DNA of 63,846 bases, counting the filler, from Collodictyon triciliatum (taxonomy: Eukaryota), in NCBI GenBank assembly GCA_043381765.1. It is 8 parts of 8 records of this genome, joined end to end, with 100 filler letters (N's around TTAATTAATTAA, not from the genome) between each part and the next. Parts side by side here need not be neighbours in the genome. Positions count along the whole stretch, not along the records: positions 8,348 to 16,581 come from JBHJMP010003515.1; positions 16,682 to 24,916 come from JBHJMP010003516.1; positions 25,017 to 33,246 come from JBHJMP010003517.1; 5 more parts are not named here. One strand, given 5' to 3'. Both the position numbers and the translations under genes were made by a program. Every line of letters begins with the position of its first letter. Position 1 is the stretch's first letter. The notes under the pieces are model-generated. The model was not told where the DNA came from. It worked only from the letters and a program-made list of their open reading frames with translations, and made no database searches. Positions 12,101 to 25,243 of this stretch are shown piece after piece.

Positions 12101-15100
12101 GAGTAAATATCGACTTACCGTTCTATGGCACTAATACAAAAATAAAAGAAAAAACAACAACATACCAGGTAACTCATAGAGTCAAGTTGAATGTGTTTGA
12201 TTTCCATGGAGGTAAAGAAACTAAAGGCTGGTTGGAATGCGCCTAACCAAACGATGAGTTTATAGTGCGGTAAATCAGAAAGACATCGTGATTATATAAA
12301 TAGCATAAATATCCTACCAAGATAGGAGTATAACCTCATTAGCATTATCTTGATATCATAGTTGTACTTTGAGTGAACCAGAGAGTTCACTATTATGTTT
12401 ACAAATTTTATAGTGCATACTGAGAAGGGTCCGTAATACTACGAATATATTCCGTTTTTTAACAAAAAAATGTATGTTTGAATGAAGTGTATTTACCTAG
12501 GATGCAAATTGCCTCAAATATGTAAAGATTTTGGCCTAAAGTAAGATATTTATTTTCATAGTCTGAGATTAAATGTAATATGAACTGTTTGTTTCGGCAA
12601 AGTGCTGCGTGATAAGATTACTTATGAGAAAGCAACAATTTAGATACCTGTGAGTTCCCATGCCTAAATATAATGGTTGGTTGCGAAAGTTTCAATTTTG
12701 CGAATTTATTGATGGATTACAACAGTAGTTCAAAAAAAAAAAAAACGAATTAACATTATTTAAAATTTACTCATGTAGGAAATATTTTACACGACATAAC
12801 AAGTGTCCTAGAACTAAAGCCAGATCATCACCAGAACCTCTTTCCCTAGCTTCAATATCTAATGGCAGAGCAAAGCATATGCAAGTTGAAGAGAAAATGA
12901 ACAACATGTGGGTTCTCATGATAGTTTACCTAAATAGTTCATTTTTTTTTTAAAAAAAAAAAAGTATTGACAGAACGTACTGGACTGGATGTCAATTTTT
13001 GTCGACAGAGTGTAGATTTTCATGATGGTGTTGGCTTTGATCAGAACTATGATATTAATATATAGCGTTATTTTTGAACATCGAAGCAATTAGGCCGGTT
13101 AATTATAAGTTGGCAGTATTCTATTTTTATTGTTAAATAATTCATTCTTTATCGTTTGTAAAAAAAACCCATTTTTTCAATTCAAAAGTGTTTATTGTGA
13201 ATTTGTTGTTTGTTAATTTGTTGTTTGTTAATTTGTTGTTTGTTAATTTGTTGTTTTTTAATAGGGGAATACCTTCATCAAGGGATTTGATTGATTTATG
13301 TATTCCTAGCTTCCACTCAAGAGCGTAGATTGATGACAACTTCAGTATGTGATTCGTTTTGGTTTTCTAAAAGAGGAATGGTATATCAGAATATATTCTA
13401 AATGGTAGTCTCCTTTTTTAATTTTGTTGCAGCTAAAATATTCGAATTATTTCATTTAGCTTAATTTCGGCGCATTTCGATTTATGATATATGAATGTTA
13501 ATTGTTTTGATTTGATGTGATTTTGGAAACGCGGTTGTATTTGTGAATGGTTAGATTATTGTCATTTACTAATTTTGATGGAATATCACCAGATAATTCC
13601 CAAGAGAAGAAATGTATATTATAAAAAAAAAAAATACCAAGTCATCTGTTTCAGAATATGTCGATTTCTCCAAGAGGTTAGAAACTATCCCGAGGCGATC
13701 ATCCGTATCAGTTAAATATTTCTGGGGTGATATGTTACCATTTTAGAATAGATATGAACTGGGATGAAAATAAAAAATAAATAAGTGTCTAACGTTCGGT
13801 AGCCACTGCATATATATTTAGTACCAAATATGGCTCCAGGTCATGAATAAAGCAACGTTTTGACCCAAATAGGTCGAAATACTGCTCCATCATCGAAGGG
13901 AATGCTGCGTGAATTTCTGGATGGGATGTCAAGTAGCCTTTGTCTGCGAGTTTACCGATGATATGAAAATGTGCTAGAAAAGGTCCTCGCCTACGTTAGT
14001 GAGAGATCCACAGAGAGAAGATAAAAGAAAAGAAAATACAGAATTAGTTTTCATATTTTGAGCAATAATAGAGCGGCTCATGAGAGCCCTGGTTGTTCTG
14101 ATTGATGCCCATTATGTTATTTTTATATGATTTTTTCTTTAACTATATTATAGGCTCATGAATAAATTCTTTTTAATTACTTTGCGCTACTTTTTGCCAA
14201 CTCCGCATTCTTGAGTTCTGTGATAAATCTGATAGACTCAGAAAGTTTGTCTGCAAATCCCTGAAAGAATGTTCGGTTTAATCAAAGGATTTAATTGATG
14301 AAGCTAATATATGAGTGATGACTGAGTAGTAAGAGAAAAATGTAACTGATGAATAAACTGTTATAGTATAAAGACAGGGCCCTGGTTAATCTCTACCTCA
14401 TTATCTATTCCATCCAATAGAGCGTCGATGTGAATTAGATAGTGATTCCATGAATCACAGCTAATAATCGCATTAGAAAGCTTTCAGTAAGGGAAAACAT
14501 ACATCTGGTGCGATGGTGTCACCTGCTTTACGTTTCTTAAATTCCAAGAAAAGCTTAATTTGAATTGAAAAAATCAAAAAAAATCAGTGTTCGCTCTACT
14601 TACTCATATTTAAGTATTAGAGCCTTTGAAAGCTCGATCACTTCTTGCGTATATCCCAGATGCTTAAGGAATTCAATTTCCAAAGAAAGCTTTTCTACAG
14701 GGACCTAATGGTGGCAATGCCGAATAATTATTTGTTACATGTATATCATTTGTATTGTCGTACAGCATTGCTATTAGATAAGAGTAATGCTTTTGAAAAA
14801 TCATACAAAGTAAAAATAAAATTATGTTTAATATACTTTCATTATCTCGCCCAAAGGGCCTCGAATGCTTGCCAGGGCGACGTCATACATGTTCGATTTT
14901 TTCAAAATTTCAATATAGAAGAGAAACTCTGCATTTATATAAAAATATGATAAGGATAATCGCTTGAAATTTATCATATTTCTCCTGTAAACTTTCAATC
15001 TAAATAAACCGCCCATAGGTAAGGAGAAAACCTTCAAGGGATATTGATGCGCCTTCTGCTATGAGCTTATCGACGGTTTTTCTAGATAAATCGATGGGGA

Positions 15101-16252
15101 TTTTTTGTTTTGTAGATACTCCCTACAAGTATACATAATATGTTGTATTACTATTTTGTTTGCAGAATAAAGTCAATTTGTAGATTATAATATCGGCGCA
15201 ATTACATCAACCATCGTTCTTTAAAGATAACTTTCAGGTTCATGTCGGAAATATAACACAGTAAGGTGAGTTGCATAGTTTATAGAAAACATATTGTGTA
15301 TACCTGCATGTAGCAAGATGTGATATACCACCAATAAAAATTCGGTTTTTTGAATTGCTTGAACATCCGAAGGGCAAGCTTTTCGGAAAATTATGAGGAT
15401 GAAAATTGTATTACAGGCATGACTCTATTAAACCAATATGGATGTATATCTCACTGAGACTATGATGTGTTACATCACAGAACTGAAAAGAGAGGAGGAA
15501 GCACATATAAATCGTGGAGATGCCTTTCTGGCTTTCTGTAGCAGGATGGTTGACACGCACACATTTATAGAAGATGGCGAAGATCACCCAAGTGGACAAA
15601 AAAGTACAGATAATTGGCTTATGTGCATACCTGCTGTTGTTTGGGCCAGTCCATGAGTCTGATGAGACATGTATAGTATGCACTGGCAACTGCCTCTTTG
15701 GATGGGTCCTTTTTGAAAGCCACTTCATAGAGTCGTAGACAGTCTTCGGCTGTGCGTCACACCCAGCATTGAGTGATTGGTAGGAGTGATAACCAGCAAA
15801 ATAACGAATAAGTAATACTGAAATGTCCAAACATACCCTTTTGAAGGCGCTTGAGAGTCATATAGAGAGGAATAACCACCGGATCCTCAACTGGGCCAGT
15901 CTCGAGCAGCTCAAGACAGAGACGATACGCTTCTGCCGCTTCGTTTGTGCGCTCAAGACAAAGGGCCTTCAGAGCCTGGTGATTCACAAGAGTTCGTTAG
16001 CAGCGGAAGAGAATATGACCCGACAATCATGATGTGATGGTGAAGTAGTGAGAATGAGCGGAGCATAACAGCAGTCTACGCCATTATTTTGTATGTAGCA
16101 AGTCGCAAACGCACGCGAGAGACAGGCGTGTCGGTTCCTTTCTGCTGGATGCTGTGGATCAGCTTGAGCGCCTGCTTGTAATTACGCGCATCAAGAGCGT
16201 CGTAGACAGACCGTAGGTGGCGTTGCTCTTGTGCGCTGGCCTTCGTTGCCAT
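9142..16252 (-). CDS. NAA25: NatB N-terminal acetyltransferase auxiliary subunit (NAA25/MDM20); many exons, spans the internal N gap 9689-10063
   Basis: Exon translations match the family: MATK...RHLRSVYDALDARNYKQALKL; ALKALCLERT; LYEVAFKKDP; KQQQ|LALRMFKQFKKPNFYWWYITSCYMQ; YIFEAICIL|VNSLVHSKYNYDIKIMLMRLYSYLG|AFQPAFSFFTSMEIKHIQLDSMSYL. The inferred last exon EAARIVHGIFSGISASF...VRV* ends at 9142; the 3' part across the gap is less certain. Confidence 0.88.
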
Positions 16253-16681
16253 GGCTTTTCTCTTGTGCTTGGAGATAAGAAAACAAAAGAAAACAGAAGA
16301 GAAAGGAAAGGCATCTTTGTTGAGTCGTTCTTTTGGGTGGAGACGCCTCCTGAACAAAACTTTCTGTTCTCTCGAATCGAAAATGCCTGTTGGCTCAAAT
16401 ACCCCAACAAAGGTGGAGTTTGTAGATTGGTTCTCTTAGTGTCCATCAAGATATGACGATGGGCACTGATTTTTATTTATTCTTTTTTATTCTTTTTTAT
16501 TCTTTTTTTATTCTTTTTTTATTCTTTTTTTATTCTTTTTTTATTCTTTTTTATTCTTTTTTATTCTTTTTTTATTCTTTTNNNNNNNNNNNNNNNNNNN
16601 NNNNNNNNNNNNNNNNNNNNNNNNNTTAATTAATTAANNNNNNNNNNNNNNNNNNNNNNNNNNNNNNNNNNNNNNNNNNNN

Positions 16682-16780
<99 letters not shown>

Positions 16781-17703
16781 GAAAAAGAAAAAGAAAAAGA
16801 AAAAGAAAAAGAAAAAGAAAAAGAAAAAGAAAAAGAAAAAGAACTGTGCACATCTAAAAACTCCATAGTGATTGTACAAGTTCTTATATTTTACCCAATA
16901 TCTTTATGGAACTTGAGGCTGCCATATGCTTTGTCGCTTTCACAATACTTTTCCGATAAAGCACAATAAATCAATAGAAGATGATGCTATTTAACTCTTT
17001 ACTACTGCATTTTTTTGTATTGCTTCTGGAAATGATGGGTTATACCACCGATTCATTCCAAACGACACATAAGCACCCGTGAAGTGTGTGGATGACTACG
17101 CACAAATAAATCTGCATGGGGAAAGAAGATATTCATGATTAATTCCTCAGCCTCAAAATACTCATTTTGAATATAACTCTAAAAACAAGGCTATAGCCAC
17201 TCATTTGAAAACAGTGTACTTGTCAAACTGTGAACTTATGGGATTGGAGAGCATTTTTTGTGCAAAATACAACCATGAGGTATACGATATTACCAAGCCT
17301 GTGATACAACAGACACGAATCCATCCAAGTGCAACATTTGCTAATTGTAAATGTGTCGAGTGGCACTAACTCTTTTTCTCACCTAGCCGTCTGCCACTCC
17401 TATCGTAATTGTACGGGTAACCATCGAACTGCATATATATATATGTCACATTTATATATATTTACAGGTATACGTTTTATTTTTTTCCTTCTTGAGATGT
17501 ATTAAAAGCGATTTATACCCACCGGACGAACTGATTTTGAGCAGAGGTTTTTCTTTCTGTGATCGCTTATTTTATTTTCTGTCGTTTCATATTATGGTTG
17601 GCTATGATTCCTTGCTATCGACGTACTTACATACATCTTCTGCTTCGCTTAATTGGCTATTTTTATTCTCTCCGTTCATAATATATAATATTGAACTATC
17701 CAG

Positions 17704-20700
17704 ACCGCGTACCCACACCCTCTCCGCGCTTCTTACACTGGTGATTCTGGTTGTATCGTCACTCTGCTGGAAAGGAGACAGGTTTGGCTGGTCTTTTACG
17801 TATTTAATTAACTATCGCGGAGTGAGTAAATATTTTGTAATCGAATCTATGAATGTGATTGGTAGAGCTCCAGATGCATGCGACTACAGCAAAAGCGATT
17901 TGTACCTCCTAGAAAAGGAGGAGGCAATAAACCTATTACTGCAGTGGCACTCCGAATTATGTCCAAGCTCCAACCTTGTCCACAAAGGTAACAATCAGGT
18001 GACAAGAGACGGAAGCTACGATTTCTACGAAGAAAGTCTTCGGCTCAATAATTTCCAAAATGGGGACGAAAGGCAATCATTCTACACCACCCCTGATGAT
18101 GTGGTTGCTGATGTAGTGGGTGGATTTACATATAGCAAAGGAGAGGAAGCTTCAGAACTTCGTTCTGAGGAGCAATGCGGAACTTGTAAATCCAATTTAA
18201 GTTACGGTGAAGGATGTCTCCTTCGATGCCTTTTCAAAGCGCTTGAAGGAAACTACTGGCACGATAAAAATGGCTGGAACGATCAATCGACCTCTCATTG
18301 TAATTGGTTCGGGGTCAAATGCGATGTATGTAGTGGTTGTATTTGACATTACTTATATTCCAAATCCAACGTTGCACTGTTTCATTTTCTAATTTTTCAT
18401 TTGCTCAAGCGATGAAGATATGACATAACTGATTAATCAAAGTAAAGATTTTGACTTGAATTTTTTTTTTGAGGTTAGAATAAAAGTCTTGTGACGCATA
18501 TCAAATTACCAGCCAATAACGTGTCTGGAGATATAGGAGAAGCATCCAAGATTTTTTCTGAACTAGTTCATTTGAAAAATATAGACCTTGAATATAATAT
18601 TATTGGAGGCAATCTACCAGACTTTAACTTGACATTAGTAAGAACGTTAAATCTTTATTCCAATAATATAACCGGAAGCATCCCAGACTTCCAATTTCTT
18701 CCGATGGTAAATAAACTGTTTCTTGAGAGCAATCCTCTAGGGGGAACTATACCAGATTTTTCAAAACTCGATCATTTGGAGTTTTTTAACATCGGAGGAA
18801 GCAATAAAATCTATGGTTGATTTGAGTTCATCAGAAAATATTTTTTCTTCTTTCTTTTCTTTTCTTTTCTCAAGTAATTTTACTTTGTAGGCACCATTCC
18901 AAACTTCTCCAAACTTGCATCTCTCTCAATTCTGGGCATTTATGGAACTAATATATCCGGTATTGCTTTATTTGATATTAACTGTATAAAATATGTCAAC
19001 ATTTTGAGATGCTTTTTTTGGCAATATTTATGTAACAAGTCATTCTTCAGGCACTATACCAGACTTTTTGAAATTGGGCTCCGCGACAGAAATAATGCTA
19101 TTTAGTAATCAACTGAATGGTACCTTTTTTATTTTATTTCAAAAATATATCTAACCATTACTTGAATTACATCTTAATGAACATTATTATAGGAACGGTG
19201 CCCAGTTTCTCTTTCCTGCCTAAAATTTCGCGGTTGTATCTATTGAATAATAAATTAGAAGGTATTTTCCATTGAAGCTTATATCTGACTTTTTGACTAA
19301 TACAATATGACTATCTTAGGTACTTTGCCTGACTTTAAGAACATATGCACCATTCTATACCTCTCGGTTTCAGGAAATAAAATCACTGGTATTAAAACAA
19401 TCTCGTTGATTTCATGCATTAATATTGTGAATATATCATGCATCTGACAACATCCCTTCCTCTTGAAATCATAAAGGTGATATCCCCAATTTCTCGGGTC
19501 TCCCAATAGTAAGACAACTGTACTTGTATAGCAATAGCTTTTCAGGTACGTAAATCGCTCTTGATGTGCACCAATCTTGAGTGAGGGGTAATTTAAATTT
19601 CTGGAAGAGAATTATTTATTTATTAGTTTGGTCTGTGTAGGAACAATACCGGACTTCAATCAGACCAAATCTATGATTGGCTTATATGCTGCCAGAAATC
19701 ATCTTCAAGGTCATTATCAATATAATAAAGATACCCCGAATAACGTTTCCGCTATCAATTCAAGGGAATAGAATGGGGCTATGGTTTCATGATATATGCA
19801 TTCAGGAGATGGACATGCGCACGCTATTTTACCTCTATTAATCGAGTATTGATATTTCGCTGCAGGAAGTATTCCAAATTTTAGCCATCTGCAAAACCTT
19901 GCAGTTTTAGATTTATCCAGTAATCGTCTAACGGGTATGTTTGAGTACATCGGTTAATTGGAAAGAGAAACCTATGTAATTTTGGTTTTATTATTTGAGC
20001 TATGTAAGAAAGATGTAAATGATTTTCCTTATTGCCGACCAGGATCCTTGCCTGATTTCTCTTTAATGAAGAGTCTGAAGCATATATCAGCATTTGATAA
20101 CCTTTTAAATGGCACTGTACCAAGCTTTCAAAAATGTCCAACAGTTCTCGAAATCCTTCTTTTTAGAAACAACATGACAGGACCTCTTCCTACTCTTAAT
20201 TCTAGTGTACTGAAAACAGTAGATTTAAGCGAAAACTACCTATTTGGCAGACTTCCATCGAACTGGTCAACACCATCGCTAGAATACATTGATGTATCGT
20301 ACAACCAGATAGAGGGATATGTACCTGGATATTTTGGAGAGCTCAGGAGCCTAAAGTACTTTTCGGTATCACACAACAAACTATCTGGCCGGATACTCAT
20401 ACCCTTTTGGACACTGCCGAGTTTATCATCGATTGACTTGAGTTACAATTTGTTTTCAGGAGACATCGGAGTATTTATTGTTCCTTACGGAAATTTCACC
20501 TTCTCATATGACACATTAGATGTGAGTAACAACTATCTAACCGGAGAATTAAATTGGAGAATATATACGCTACTCACAAAAATTAGGTATATCAGCTTCA
20601 GGAACAATAAAATATCAAGACTAGGAGAATTGAACATTTCTCTAAGGTGGCGCCACTTTGATGTCTCGAAGAACCCGATTGAAGGAAGGATTCCAGAGAC

Positions 20701-23079
20701 GTTCAATAAATTTTCAAAGCTCCAGTATCTAGGTCTCATAGATACAAAGATGAACCACAACTCCGGAAACTACCTCCCCAGCTTCGTGCATTATACAGAG
20801 CCATTCAATTTAAGGAGCAAAAATGATAATTTTGTTTGTCCAACAACCAACTCCAAGCGCAGTCTTTTCGTCATGGTTGTGGACATTGACCCTGCATATT
20901 ACGACTATGCATTGTGCCAATGCTTGCCGAACTATTTTGGGTTCGGGATGAATTGCAGAAAGTGTCCGCCTGGATGTGAATGCATCGATGGGGTGTCGCT
21001 GAAGAATTGTCATGCATCACCTAATGTTATTGGCGTCAAAGACATCTTATACTGCCCTCGCCATGAATCATGTCACACAAAAATACCGGAGAAGCAAGCA
21101 AACACATCCAATCCTCCAGCTATCGAAAAGCTGTGCGAAAAAGGATACGAAGGACGTGCCTGCTCTAAATGTGAGAACGGATATGGCAGACAGGGATACA
21201 CATGCGAGAAATGCGAGGATGGGGCTGTTTACTCGACGATAGTTCTTGGGACACTTGGACTCTGTTGTTTAGTGCTCTACCTGTACCATTCAGATAATCC
21301 AACATCTGGTATTGAATCGTATTTGCAAACAATCAACCGTGTGTCTTCATTTGATTTCTCTCCCTTATTTAAGAGGATGCTAATAATCATAGTAAAAAAC
21401 TTTTTTTTTTGTTAATAAATGTAGAGAAAGTAAAAAAAGCAACACAAAACTCATGCTTACATCATACAGCCAAGTTGCGTATCATCATGTTCCATATGCA
21501 AACCATCTCGGTCATCTCGTCCGGCATCATCGTGCCGAGAGCTACTAGCAACCTGGTGGATCTGTCGTTCTCGATTGGGTCGATTCAACCCCCGAATCTC
21601 GCGTGTGTACTTGGATCAACTGACCAGATGGAAGCCTTGGTGTTCAGCTTCTTGAGAATTCCTGTGTTTTTGATTATTGGACTTATTGCGTATCATTCGG
21701 GGTCAGGACGCTTTCAAACAAAGGTTGGTCATCTTTGAAAGGATTTTTTTTAAGAACAATAGAAATAATGGTGTTTAAGTTTGCGATATCTAGTATATGC
21801 TTACTTCTTGAATCGAATAAAGGAAAAAAAAGTATATGCTTACTTCTCTTTTCTTTCCAATTTTTTCATTCGATTCTCGGACTTTAATCCGGGATTCATT
21901 TTTTTTTTAAGATTGATAAGTTCTGCGGATGATTCGAATTATAGGCTGTCTTCATCACCATAAACATGCTGTTCTTCATCTACTATTCAATCGCAAGAGA
22001 AGTCTTTGGGGTCTTTGGCTGCACTGTTTACGACCAAGGAGAAGATAGCTGGTATCTTCACAATAGCCCGTGGATTGAGTGTCAACCAGCATCTGCAGAA
22101 TACAGAAAATTGATTGGAATGAGTATTCCCGTCTTCTTGTTTTTCTTGATTGGATACCCAGTGTTCATATGGAAAAAGATCGAGGAAATGCAAAACAAGC
22201 CCGGATACGACCCTATAGCGAGATATGGATTTCTGTACTTGCCGTACAAAGAGGTTTGAGTTCAGCACTTGATTTATGACCTTTATATATTGGAACTCAT
22301 TAGAATTGAAAAAGAAGACACCTAGTAAGAATCTATGTTCCTTGAAGTGAATAAATGGAAAGAATATTGATTTTTTTCATCTACTTGCCAGCTTCCTTTG
22401 CCTTTCGAAAGATTTTAAACATGCACCACAACCTTCTGAATAATCAGTCGAATCAATATAATCGCAGAGCTACAGGCACTGGGAGTTTGTGATTATTATC
22501 CGAAGACTCGCATATTCCTTTGTCATGGGAATCATACCATACACCCAGCAACCAATTTTTTATCTTTTGCTGGTGATTGTCATCCAGGTAATGAAATTTT
22601 GATATGTTTTAATGCCACATTTTCAAGAATTTAATTCACATTGTATAACTTTGAGAGTGGTGGGGATTTAGTGATCATATTTGATTTCAAAGAAGGTGGT
22701 ATTATATGTCATATACGTGAAGCTTGGGTTGTGAACTTAGCTTTATTTGTATCATTTGATTCCATATTATCTCGACGGAGGCCAGTCGTCTATATGGATG
22801 CAGAACGAGCACCGCCCGTACAACAGCAAGCTTGAGAACCAAATGGAAATAACAAGTTTATATGTGATTTTCATCTCTTTTGCGCTATCTCTGCTTGTCA
22901 GCTTTCTTGGGCCACACACGTGGGCTACTACCCTCCTCATTGCAATTAATCTAATATGGTGGGTTACAGCCGTATTAGTGGGGTTCATTTTACCTCTTAT
23001 CAAGAAGGGAAATCCACTCAAAATAGTTTGGAAAGAACTGAAGCAGTTGTCCACCAGCGACCCCTGGTTTAATAAATAG
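17704..23079 (+). CDS. Receptor-like membrane protein: signal peptide, LRRNT cap, plant-type LRR array, Cys-rich region, multi-pass TM domain (TRP-like/GPCR-like)
   Basis: Hydrophobic leader TLSALLTLVILVVSSLCW; LRRNT LFKALEGNYW...WN...HCNWFGVKC; LxLxxNxLxGxIP repeats; CQCLPNYFG...CEKGYEGRACSKC; TM region KLRIIMFHMQ...FGC...WYL..SPWIEC...YGFLYLPYK...WEFVIIIRRL...PY...LENQMEITSL. Start codon unresolved (upstream of 17704). Confidence 0.85.
21809..21830 (+). mobile_element. Ultra-short poly(A)-tailed insertion TGAATCGAATAAAGG-A7 with 17-bp TSD (intronic)
   Basis: Flanked by the exact direct repeat AGTATATGCTTACTTCT at 21792-21808 and 21831-21847. Confidence 0.9.
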
Positions 23080-23415
23080 CATGTCGACCCGCAACTGAAT
23101 GTTTTGCTTGGAAATGAAGTCCCTGCGCCTTGTTTTGAGGCTTTCTATAAGTTAACCAAGCTTGTGGAAAATCGTGACCGATTAACACCAATTTGTGCGA
23201 TTTTCTTTCTCAGCCTTGCTTTTCATGAATCATGATTTCGTTCCTCTGGTTTCTTGAAAGACACCAGCAACCCAAAATAGCTATTGTATGAAAGATAGTG
23301 ATAGATATTCTGCTACTCATTTAAGGAACGCTTTAGGGTATAAGGAAGAAAGGGAAGCGCAATGGAGGACTCAAAAGAGCTGTTATAATGATATTATGAA
23401 CAAGAGAAGAGGTCC

Positions 23416-23440
23416 TTTTTTTTCCTTATTCGATTCAAAG
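23416..23440 (-). mobile_element. Copy of the ultra-short element (CTTTGAATCGAATAAGG-A8; 1-nt deletion), no clean TSD
   Basis: + strand reads T8-CCTTATTCGATTCAAAG. Confidence 0.7.
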
Positions 23441-24256
23441 AGGAGACGAGAGAATTTATATCAAGCGCAAAAAGAAATAGATATTAACAACTTGGATGCT
23501 ATCCAACGTCTCCCTTTGTCGATTTATTCATTTATTGATTCATTAACATCAACACTTCTGCTTGACTCGTCATATTTTTTTCACCCAACATCGGGGCGGG
23601 AATATGGAAACATGAATAGTTGGAATAAACTCTCATCTTCCTGGAATTCTTTTGGGTGAGATTTTCTATATATTGAATGTTCAGTGCTTGGGTTTGGATA
23701 TGAGCCTCTGCGGGTATGCAACGTAACAGCCTATGAATCCAACAAACCTCATTGTTGCCCGGTTGTGTTACGCTGGCTGCCAAGGCCCCCATGTCCCATC
23801 ATGCACCCCAGCGTCTAAGACGTTGTCATGAAGTGAAGATATCAAGGAAGAACCAAATTCTGTGCCAGATATCTGGGCGCCAGGTTCATCATTTTCTTGT
23901 CCTGCTTCTTGGTCTTTGGTAATATGCGTGTCATTGGGAGATTCTTCGCTGGGTTCCAGGGCAAACCTCCTTTCAATCTCGTCGCCTGCGTTCATAAGAA
24001 AAGATAAAGCATACTTACTATTATGATGCAAAATAGAATATCCACTGAGCGGATTAGGTGATCCCAAGGTGTTCAGCATTTGTGTAAATACACGAAAAAA
24101 AATATGTGATTCATGTTATTCAAATCAACTTTTTATTTATTGATTCCGACTCTCGCTATTAAAAGGTGTTGTGGTTGGACACAAAATCATATTTTTTTCA
24201 ATTATACACAATAATAAGAATTAACATAAATAAAATACAAAAATAGGGTCTTTCTG

Positions 24257-24655
24257 TTAGTCGACTGAGCAAAGCATACAATAACATCCGAGGATATGAA
24301 TTCCCCTCTGGTGCTTTCCATTTGTTTCATTTAATCGTTCCTCAGGCTTCTTTATCCACCACAGACGGCTAAACTCTTCTCTAAAGAAGCTGGGCACTAA
24401 ATACCTCAGTTCATTCAGCGAAGAACTTAGCTGGTCGTTGGAACACATAAGTTTTGACAATGACAAAATTGGTGATATCCTCTGGCTCAAGGAATCTCCA
24501 GATTTGTCGGTCACCTTAACTGAGAGCCAGAGAATGCCTTTGCCATTTGGGCTGAAGTCATTTACAAGACATCCTCCGTAGGCTGCGCTGCTCGTCTTCG
24601 CAACACCAAACATAGGGAAACTGTATACCTTTCCGTCAAAACTGCCCTCCAGAAT
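24257..24655 (-). CDS. Probable terminal exon of an unidentified gene truncated by the contig end
   Basis: AG acceptor at 24657-24656 in frame with a 132-codon open stretch ending in TAA. Confidence 0.45.
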   Translation of the reverse strand: MLEGSFDGKVYSFPMFGVAKTSSAAYGGCLVNDFSPNGKGILWLSVKVTDKSGDSLSQRISPILSLSKLMCSNDQLSSSLNELRYLVPSFFREEFSRLWWIKKPEERLNETNGKHQRGIHILGCYCMLCSVD

Positions 24656-24813
24656 CTAGGTGCGCGGATATCGGATTAATGAAGTGCTTTTTTTATTTGA
24701 AAGAGTCTCATCATATTACTCAGCCGTCTTTCGTTTTCCGCTCCCAAAGAATTAAGGGGGAAAAAAAAAACGTGTCTTGGGCATCAAAAGGGAGTATCAT
24801 GGTTTCTAATTGC

Positions 24814-24844
<31 letters not shown>

Positions 24845-25217
24845 CATACATACATACATACATACATACATACATACATACATACATACATACATACATA
24901 CATACATACATACATANNNNNNNNNNNNNNNNNNNNNNNNNNNNNNNNNNNNNNNNNNNNTTAATTAATTAANNNNNNNNNNNNNNNNNNNNNNNNNNNN
25001 NNNNNNNNNNNNNNNNAATTAAAAGGGTTACTAATATCCCTAATTGCAGGAGGGAAGGATTTACCATGCTCATATGAGCTCATCTTTTAATGTTGCCGGT
25101 ATCTGCTTGAAACTTGGGATACTCGTGAGGTGTGCAATGGGTATGTATCATCCAAAGAAGGATGCGTGATGTGACTTTTTCTATGTTATGATGCACCGGT
25201 ATTATCTTTTTTATAAT

Positions 25218-25243
25218 TTTTTTTTCCTTTATTCGATTCAAAG
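25218..25243 (-). mobile_element. Ultra-short insertion CTTTGAATCGAATAAAGG-A8 with 17-bp TSD
   Basis: Exact direct repeat ATTATCTTTTTTATAAT at 25201-25217 and 25244-25260. Confidence 0.9.

Noticed and set aside
12119-12130. Possible 12-nt microexon in NAA25
   Set aside because: It would need 34-35-nt introns. A single 81-nt intron keeps the frame and fits the family alignment.
12640-12690. IIFRHG histidine-phosphatase-like motif on the minus strand
   Set aside because: It arises from reading intron into the NAA25 microexon in another frame; the flanking exons are clearly NAA25.
21871-21888. TTTTTTCATTCGATTC partial match to the ultra-short element, also around 57323-57340
   Set aside because: Too short or divergent and no TSD; may be chance in AT-rich introns.
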